From Auanema rhodensis (taxonomy: Eukaryota; Animalia; Nematoda), in contig OZ059895.1 in assembly GCA_964057225.1 (NCBI GenBank), positions 20,770,001-20,834,000 of the forward strand: a DNA stretch of 64,000 nt, in the 5' to 3' direction. Of the stretch, positions 54,861-64,000 are shown piece after piece. The first letter of the stretch is position 1; each line of letters opens with the position of its first letter. Made by a program: the position numbers and the translations under genes. The notes under the pieces were generated by a model. The model searched no databases. It saw nothing but the letters and a program-made list of their open reading frames with translations, and was not told where the DNA came from.

Positions 54861-57800
54861 CGCTTCAAGTGAAAGATAAAGAGATGCGCTTTTCAAAATT
54901 AGATTTCGCATGTCCATATTAGTCTAAAAACAAATTTTTATTGATATTGGTGCATGGTAACCATGACTTTAAAATTTACGTGAACTTTAATTTATGCTAA
55001 TTAAGTGTACACATGATGTGCACTTGGTATGTAACTCGCTTCACGTCAAAGATAAAGAGATGCGGTTTTCAAAATTAGATTCCCCATGTCCATATTAGTC
55101 TAAAAACAAATGTTTATGAATATTGGTGCATGGTAACCATGACTTTGAAATTTACGTGAACTTTAATTTATGCTAATTAAGTGTACACATGATGTGCACT
55201 TGGTATGTAACTCGCTTCACGTCAAAGATAAAGAGATGCGGTTTTGAAAATTAGATTCCCCATGTCCATATTAGTCTAAAAACAAATTTTTATTAATATT
55301 GGTGCATGGTAACCATGACTTTGAAATTTACGTGAACTTTAATTTATGCTAATTAAGTGTACACATGATGTGCACTTGGTATGTAACTCGCTTCACGTCA
55401 AAGATAAAGAGATGCGGTTTTCAAAATTAGATTCCCCATGTCCATATTAGTCTAAAAACAATTTTTTATCAATATTGGTGCATGGTAACCATGACTTTGA
55501 AATTTACGTGAACTTTAATTTTTGCTAATTAAGTGTACACATGATGTGCACTTGGTATGTAACTCGCTTCACGTCAAAGATAAAGAGATGCGGTTTTCAA
55601 AATTAGATTCCCCATGTCCATATTAGTCTAAAAACAAATTTTTATTAATATTGGTGCATGGTAACCATGACTTTGAAATTTACGTGAACTTTAATTTATG
55701 CTAATTAAGTGTACACATGATGTGCACTTGGTATGTAACTCGCTTCAAGTGAAAGATAAAGAGATGCGGTTTTCAAAATTAGATTTCGCATGTCCATATT
55801 AGTCTAAAAACAAATTTTTATTGATATTGGTGCATGGTAACCATGACTTTAAAATTTACGTGAACTTTAATTTATGCTAATTAAGTGTACACATGATGTG
55901 CACTTGGTATGTAACTCGCTTCACGTCAAAGATAAAGAGATGCGGTTTTCAAAATTAGATTCCCCATGTCCATATTAGTCTAAAAACAAATTTTTATCAA
56001 TATTGGTGCATGGTAACCATGACTTTGAAATTTACGTGAACTTTAATTTATGCTAATTAAGTGTACAAATGATGTGCGCTTGGTATGTAACTCTCTTCAC
56101 GTGAAAGATAAAGAGATGCGGTTTTCAAAATTAGATTCCCCATGTCCATTTTAGTCTAAAAACGAATTTTTATTGATATTGGTGGATGGTAACCATGACT
56201 TTAAAACTTACGTGAACTTCAATTTATCCTAATTAAGTGTACACATGATGTGCACTTGGTAAGTAACTCGCTTCACGTCAAAGATAAAGAGATGCGGTTT
56301 TCAAAATTAGATTCCCCATGTCCATATTAGTCTAAAAACAATTTTTTATCAATATTGGTGCATGGTAACCATGACTTTGAAATTTACGTGAACTTTAATT
56401 TTTGCTAATTAAGTGTACACATGCTGTGCGCTTGGTATGTAACTCTCTTCACGTGAAAGATAAAGAGATGCGGTTTCCAAAATTAGATTCCCCATGTCCA
56501 TATTAGTCTAAAAACAAATTTTTATTGATATTGGTGCATGGTAACCATGACTTTAAAATTTACGTGAACTTTAATTTATGCTAATTAAGTGTACACATGA
56601 TGTGCACTTGGTATGTAACTCGCTTCACGTCAAAGATAAAGAAATGCGGTTTTCAAAATTAGATTCCCCATGTCCATATTAGTCTAAAAACAATTTTTTA
56701 TCAATATTGGTGCATGGTAACCATGACTTTGAAATTTACGTGAACTTTAATTTTTGCTAATTAAGTGTACACATGCTGTGCGCTTGGTATGTAACTCTCT
56801 TCACGTGAAAGATAAAGAGATGCGGTTTCCAAAATTAGATTCCCCATGTCCATATTAGTCTAAAAACAAATTTTTATTGATATTGGTGCATGGTAACCAT
56901 GACTTTAAAATTTACGTGAACTTTAATTTATGCTAATTAAGTGTACACATGATGTGCACTTGGTATGTAACTCGCTTCACGTCAAAGATAAAGAAATGCG
57001 GTTTTCAAAATTAGATTCCCCATGTCCATGTTAATCTAAAAACAAATTTCTATTAATATTGGTGCATGGTAACTATGACTTTGAAATTTACGTGAACTTT
57101 AATTTATGCTAATTAAGTGTACACATGATGTGCACTTGGTATGTAACTCGCTTCAAGTGAAAGATAAAGAGATGCGCTTTTCAAAATTAGATTTCGCATG
57201 TCCATATTAGTCTAAAAACAAATTTTTATTGATATTGGTGCATGGTAACCATGACTTTAAAATTTACGTGAACTTTAATTTATGCTAATTAAGTGTACAC
57301 ATGATGTGCACTTGGTATGTAACTCGCTTCACGTCAAAGATAAAGAGATGCGGTTTTCAAAATTAGATTCCCCATGTCCATATTAGTCTAAAAACAAATT
57401 TTTATTAATATTGGTGCATGGTAACCATGACTTTGAAATTTACGTGAACTTTAATTTATGCTAATTAAGTGTACACATGATGTGCACTTGGTATGTAACT
57501 CGCTTCACGTCAAAGATAAAAAGATGAGGTTTTCAAAATTAGATTCCCCATGTCCATATTAGTCTAAAAACAAATTTTTATTAATATTGGTGCATGGTAA
57601 CCATGACTTTGAAATTTACGTGAACTTTAATTTATGCTAATTAAGTGTACACATGATGTGCACTTGGTATGTAACTCGCTTCACGTCAAAGATAAAGAGA
57701 TGCGGTTTTCAAAATTAGATTCCCCATGTCCATATTAGTCTAAAAACAATTTTTTATCAATATTGGTGCATGGTAACCATGACTTTGAAATTTACGTGAA

Positions 57801-58129
57801 CTTTAATTTTTGCTAATTAAGTGTACACATGATGTGCACTTGGTATGTAACTCGCTTCACGTCAAAGATAAAGAGATGCGGTTTTCAAAATTAGATTCCC
57901 CATGTCCATATTAGTCTAAAAACAAATTTTTATTAATATTGGTGCATGGTAACCATGACTTTGAAATTTACGTGAACTTTAATTTATGCTAATTAAGTGT
58001 ACACATGATGTGCACTTGGTATGTAACTCGCTTCAAGTGAAAGATAAAGAGATGCGGTTTTCAAAATTAGATTTCGCATGTCCATATTAGTCTAAAAACA
58101 AATTTTTATTGATATTGGTGCATGGTAAC

Positions 58130-61100
58130 CATGACTTTAAAATTTACGTGAACTTTAATTTATGCTAATTAAGTGTACACATGATGTGCACTTGGTATGT
58201 AACTCGCTTCACGTCAAAGATAAAGAGATGCGGTTTTCAAAATTAGATTCCCCATGTCCATATTAGTCTAAAAACAAATTTTTATCAATATTGGTGCATG
58301 GTAACCATGACTTTGAAATTTACGTGAACTTTAATTTATGCTAATTAAGTGTACAAATGATGTGCGCTTGGTATGTAACTCTCTTCACGTGAAAGATAAA
58401 GAGATGCGGTTTTCAAAATTAGATTCCTCATGTCCATATTAGTCTAAAAACGAATTTTTATTGATATTGGTGCTTGGTAACCATGACTTTAAAATTTACG
58501 TGAACTTTAATTTATGCTAATTAAGTGTACACATGATGTGCACTTGGTATGTAACTTGCTTCACGTCAAAGATAAAGAGATGCGGTTTTCAAAATTAGAT
58601 TCCCCATGTCCATATTAGTCTAAAAACAATTTTTTATCAATATTGGTGCATGGTAACCATGACTTTGAAATTTACGTGAACTTTAATTTATGCTAATTAA
58701 GTGTACAAATGATGTGCGCTTGGTATGTAACTCTCTTCACGTGAAAGATAAAGAGATGCGGTTTTCAAAATTAGATTCCCCATGTCCATTTTAGTCTAAA
58801 AACGAATTTTTATTGATATTGGTGGATGGTAACCATGACTTTAAAACTTACGTGAACTTCAATTTATGCTAATTAAGTGTACACATGATGTGCACTTGGT
58901 AAGTAACTCGCTTCACGTCAAAGATAAAGAGATGCGGTTTTCAAAATTAGATTCCCCATGTCCATATTAGTCTAAAAACAATTTTTTATCAATATTGGTG
59001 CATGGTAACCATGACTTTGAAATTTACGTGAACTTTAATTTTTGCTAATTAAGTGTACACATGCTGTGCGCTTGGTATGTAACTCTCTTCACGTGAAAGA
59101 TAAAGAGATGCGGTTTCCAAAATTAGATTCCCCATGTCCATATTAGTCTAAAAACAAATTTTTATTGATATTGGTGCATGGTAACCATGACTTTAAAATT
59201 TACGTGAACTTTAATTTATGCTAATTAAGTGTACACATGATGTGCACTTGGTATGTAACTCGCTTCACGTCAAAGATAAAGAAATGCGGTTTTCAAAATT
59301 AGATTCCCCATGTCCATATTAGTCTAAAAACAATTTTTTATCAATATTGGTGCATGGTAACCATGACTTTGAAATTTACGTGAACTTTAATTTTTGCTAA
59401 TTAAGTGTACACATGCTGTGCGCTTGGTATGTAACTCTCTTCACGTGAAAGATAAAGAGATGCGGTTTCCAAAATTAGATTCCCCATGTCCATATTAGTC
59501 TAAAAACAAATTTTTATTGATATTGGTGCATGGTAACCATGACTTTGAAATTTACGTGAACTTTAATTTATGCTAATTAAGTGTACACATGATGTGCACT
59601 TGGTATGTAACTCGCTTCAAGTGAAAGATAAAGAGATGCGCTTTTCAAAATTAGATTTCGCATGTCCATATTAGTCTAAAAACAAATTTTTATTGATATT
59701 GGTGCATGGTAACCATGACTTTAAAATTTACGTGAACTTTAATTTATGCTAATTAAGTGTACACATGATGTGCACTTGGTATGTAACTCGCTTCACGTCA
59801 AAGATAAAGAGATGCGGTTTTCAAAATTAGATTCCCCATGTCCATATTAGTCTAAAAACAAATTTTTATTAATATTGGTGCATGGTAACCATGACTTTGA
59901 AATTTACGTGAACTTTAATTTATGCTAATTAAGTGTACACATGATGTGCACTTGGTATGTAACTCGCTTCACGTCAAAGATAAAAAGATGAGGTTTTCAA
60001 AATTAGATTTCCCATGTCCATATTAGTCTAAAAACAAATTTTTATTAATATTGGTGCATGGTAACCATGACTTTGAAATTTACGTGAACTTTAATTTATG
60101 CTAATTAAGTGTACACATGATGTGCGCTTGGTATGTAACTCGCTTCACGTGAAAGATAAAGAGATGCGGTTTTCAAAATTAGATTCCTCATGTCCATATT
60201 AGTCTAAAAACGAATTTTTATTGATATTGGTGCATGGCAACCATGACTTTAAAATTTACGTGAACTTTAATTTATGCTAATTAAGTGTACACATGATGTG
60301 CACTTGGTATGTAACTCGCTTCACGTCAAAGATAAAGAGATGCGGTTTTCAAAATTAGATTCCCCATGTCCATATTAGTCTAAAAACAAATTTTTATCAA
60401 TATTGGTGCATGGTAACCATGACTTTGAAATTTACGTGAACTTTAATTTATGCTAATTAAGTGTACAAATGATGTGCGCTTGGTATGTAACTCTCTTCAC
60501 GTGAAAGATAAAGAGATGCGGTTTTCAAAATTAGATTCCTCATGTCCATATTAGTCTAAAAACGAATTTTTATTGATATTGGTGCTTGGTAACCATGACT
60601 TTAAAATTTACGTGAACTTTAATTTATGCTAATTAAGTGTACACATGATGTGCACTTGGTATGTAACTTGCTTCACGTCAAAGATAAAGAGATGCGGTTT
60701 TCAAAATTAGATTCCCCATGTCCATATTAGTCTAAAAACAATTTTTTATCAATATTGGTGCATGGTAACCATGACTTTGAAATTTACGTGAACTTTAATT
60801 TATGCTAATTAAGTGTACAAATGATGTGCGCTTGGTATGTAACTCTCTTCACGTGAAAGATAAAGAGATGCGGTTTTCAAAATTAGATTCCCCATGTCCA
60901 TTTTAGTCTAAAAACGAATTTTTATTGATATTGGTGGATGGTAACCATGACTTTAAAACTTACGTGAACTTCAATTTATGCTAATTAAGTGTACACATGA
61001 TGTGCACTTGGTAAGTAACTCGCTTCACGTCAAAGATAAAGAGATGCGGTTTTCAAAATTAGATTCCCCATGTCCATATTAGTCTAAAAACAATTTTTTA

Positions 61101-62430
61101 TCAATATTGGTGCATGGTAACCATGACTTTGAAATTTACGTGAACTTTAATTTTTGCTAATTAAGTGTACACATGCTGTGCGCTTGGTATGTAACTCTCT
61201 TCACGTGAAAGATAAAGAGATGCGGTTTCCAAAATTAGATTCCCCATGTCCATATTAGTCTAAAAACAAATTTTTATTGATATTGGTGCATGGTAACCAT
61301 GACTTTAAAATTTACGTGAACTTTAATTTATGCTAATTAAGTGTACACATGATGTGCACTTGGTATGTAACTCGCTTCACGTCAAAGATAAAGAAATGCG
61401 GTTTTCAAAATTAGATTCCCCATGTCCATATTAGTCTAAAAACAATTTTTTATCAATATTGGTGCATGGTAACCATGACTTTGAAATTTACGTGAACTTT
61501 AATTTTTGCTAATTAAGTGTACACATGCTGTGCGCTTGGTATGTAACTCTCTTCACGTGAAAGATAAAGAGATGCGGTTTCCAAAATTAGATTCCCCATG
61601 TCCATATTAGTCTAAAAACAAATTTTTATTGATATTGGTGCATGGTAACCATGACTTTGAAATTTACGTGAACTTTAATTTATGCTAATTAAGTGTACAC
61701 ATGATGTGCACTTGGTATGTAACTCGCTTCAAGTGAAAGATAAAGAGATGCGCTTTTCAAAATTAGATTTCGCATGTCCATATTAGTCTAAAAACAAATT
61801 TTTATTGATATTGGTGCATGGTAACCATGACTTTAAAATTTACGTGAACTTTAATTTATGCTAATTAAGTGTACACATGATGTGCACTTGGTATGTAACT
61901 CGCTTCACGTCAAAGATAAAGAGATGCGGTTTTCAAAATTAGATTCCCCATGTCCATATTAGTCTAAAAACAAATTTTTATTAATATTGGTGCATGGTAA
62001 CCATGACTTTGAAATTTACGTGAACTTTAATTTATGCTAATTAAGTGTACACATGATGTGCACTTGGTATGTAACTCGCTTCACGTCAAAGATAAAAAGA
62101 TGAGGTTTTCAAAATTAGATTTCCCATGTCCATATTAGTCTAAAAACAAATTTTTATTAATATTGGTGCATGGTAACCATGACTTTGAAATTTACGTGAA
62201 CTTTAATTTATGCTAATTAAGTGTACACATGATGTGCGCTTGGTATGTAACTCACTTCACGTGAAAGATAAAGAGATGCGGTTTTCAAAATTAGATTCCT
62301 CATGTCCATATTAGTCTAAAAACGAATTTTTATTGATATTGGTGCATGGCAACCATGACTTTAAAATTTACGTGAACTTTAATTTATGCTAATTAAGTGT
62401 ACACATGATGTGCACTTGGTATGTAACTCG
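58130..62430 (+). repeat. Tandem duplication of a 12-monomer block (2112 bp x2)
   Basis: GGTGCTTGG at 58474/60586 and AGATTTCCC at 60010/62122; offset 2112 = 12x176. Confidence 0.9.
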
Positions 62431-64000
62431 CTTCACTCAAAGATAAAGAGATGCGGTTTTCAAAATTAGATTCCCCATGTCCATATTAGTCTAAAAACAA
62501 ATTTTTATTAATATTGGTGCATGGTAACTATGACTTTGAAATTTACGTGAACTTTAATTTATGCTAATTAAGTGTACACATGATGTGCACTTGGTATGTA
62601 ACTCGCTTCAAGTGAAAGATAAAGAGATGCGCTTTTCAAAATTAGATTTCGCATGTCCATATTAGTCTAAAAACAAATTTTTATTGATATTGGTGCATGG
62701 TAACCATGACTTTAAAATTTACGTGAACTTTAATTTATGCTAATTAAGTGTACACATGATGTGCACTTGGTATGTAACTCGCTTCACGTCAAAGATAAAG
62801 AGATGCGGTTTTGAAAATTAGATTCCCCATGTCCATATTAGTCTAAAAACAAATTTTTATTAATATTGGTGCATGGTAACCATGACTTTGAAATTTACGT
62901 GAACTTTAATTTATGCTAATTAAGTGTACACATGATGTGCACTTGGTAAGTAACTCGCTTCACGTCAAAGATAAAGAGATGCGGTTTTGAAAATTAGATT
63001 CCCCATGTCCATATTAGTCTAAAAACAAATTTTTATTAATATTGGTGCATGGTAACCATGACTTTGAAATTTACGTGAACTTTAATTTATGCTAATTAAG
63101 TGTACACATGATGTGCACTTGGTAAGTAACTCGCTTCACGTCAAAGATAAAGAGATGCGGTTTTCAAAATTAGATTCCCCATGTCCATGTTAGTCTAAAA
63201 ACAATTTTTTATCAATATTGGTGCATGGTAACTATGACTTTGAAATTTACGTGAACTTTAATTTATGCTAATTAAGTGTACACATGATGTGCACTTGGTA
63301 TGTAACTCGCTTCAAGTGAAAGATAAAGAGATGCGCTTTTCAAAATTAGATTTCGCATGTCCATATTAGTCTAAAAACAAATTTTTATTGATATTGGTGC
63401 ATGGTAACCATGACTTTAAAATTTACGTGAACTTTAATTTATGCTAATTAAGTGTACACATGATGTGCACTTGGTATGTAACTCGCTTCACGTCAGAGAT
63501 AAAGAGATGCGGTTTTCAAAATTAGATTCCCCATGTCCATATTAGTCTAAAAACAAATTTTTATTAATATTGGTGCATGGTAACCATGACTTTGAAATTT
63601 ACGTGAACTTTAATTTATGCTAATTAAGTGTACACATGATGTGCACTTGGTATGTAACTCGCTTCACGTCAAAGATAAAAAGATGAGGTTTTCAAAATTA
63701 GATTCCCCATGTCCATATTAGTCTAAAACCAAATTTTTATTAATATTGGTGCATGGTAACCATGACTTTGAAATTTACGTGAACTTTAATTTATGCTAAT
63801 TAAGTGTACACATGACGTGCGCTTGGTATGTAACTCGCTTCACGTGAAAGATAAAGAGATGCGGTTTCCAAAATTAGATTCCCCATGTCCATATTAGTCT
63901 AAAAACAAATTTTTATTGATATTGGTGCATGGCAACCATGACTTTAAAATTTACGTGAACTTTAATTTATGCTAATTAAGTGTACACATGATGTGCGCTT

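Larger units (their letters stand above)
1..64000. repeat. Satellite DNA array, 176-bp monomer, ~363.6 head-to-tail copies, probably centromeric/pericentromeric; continues past both window edges
   Basis: The motif CATGTCCATATTAG starts at 1, 177, 353 and so on. It is in exact phase at 2641 (15x176), 5281 (30x176) and 28161 (160x176), and only 5 bp out at 63884. All copies are on the same strand with no non-satellite sequence seen. Confidence 0.99.

Noticed and set aside
1-64000. CRISPR array or other repeat-spacer system
   Set aside because: There are no unique spacers; the entire 176 bp is repeated with only point variants, and no cas or other genes are present.
1-64000. Transposon insertion, telomeric repeat or strand inversion within the array
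   Set aside because: None seen. Monomer phase stays within a few bp of n x 176 throughout, and all copies read in the same orientation.

Overview
The whole 64 kb window is one uninterrupted, single-orientation, head-to-tail tandem array of a 176-bp AT-rich monomer (first copy 56/176 = ~32% GC; ~363.6 copies). Copies differ at only a few recurrent positions. This is a eukaryotic satellite DNA array, and its nucleosome-sized unit and high homogeneity fit a centromeric or pericentromeric satellite (inference). I cannot assign the family or organism. I see no genes, RNA genes, transposons, CRISPR spacers or inversions. The six 60-aa ORFs are artefacts of one TAG>AAG variant in the monomer. The information here lies in how variants are arranged: a patchwork of local higher-order repeats and block duplications (2-, 3-, 6-, 8-, 9-, 12-, 13-, 24-, 25- and 29-monomer periods), a dimer-dominated domain (~19.8-28.9 kb), a distinct variant lineage (~35.1-48.5 kb), linked -1/+1 indels that keep the 176-bp phase, one duplication breakpoint that maps to ~10 bp, and nested dyad symmetry within the monomer. 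I found no evidence of a new protein-coding system. Block boundaries were read by eye from diagnostic variants and are approximate to about one monomer.
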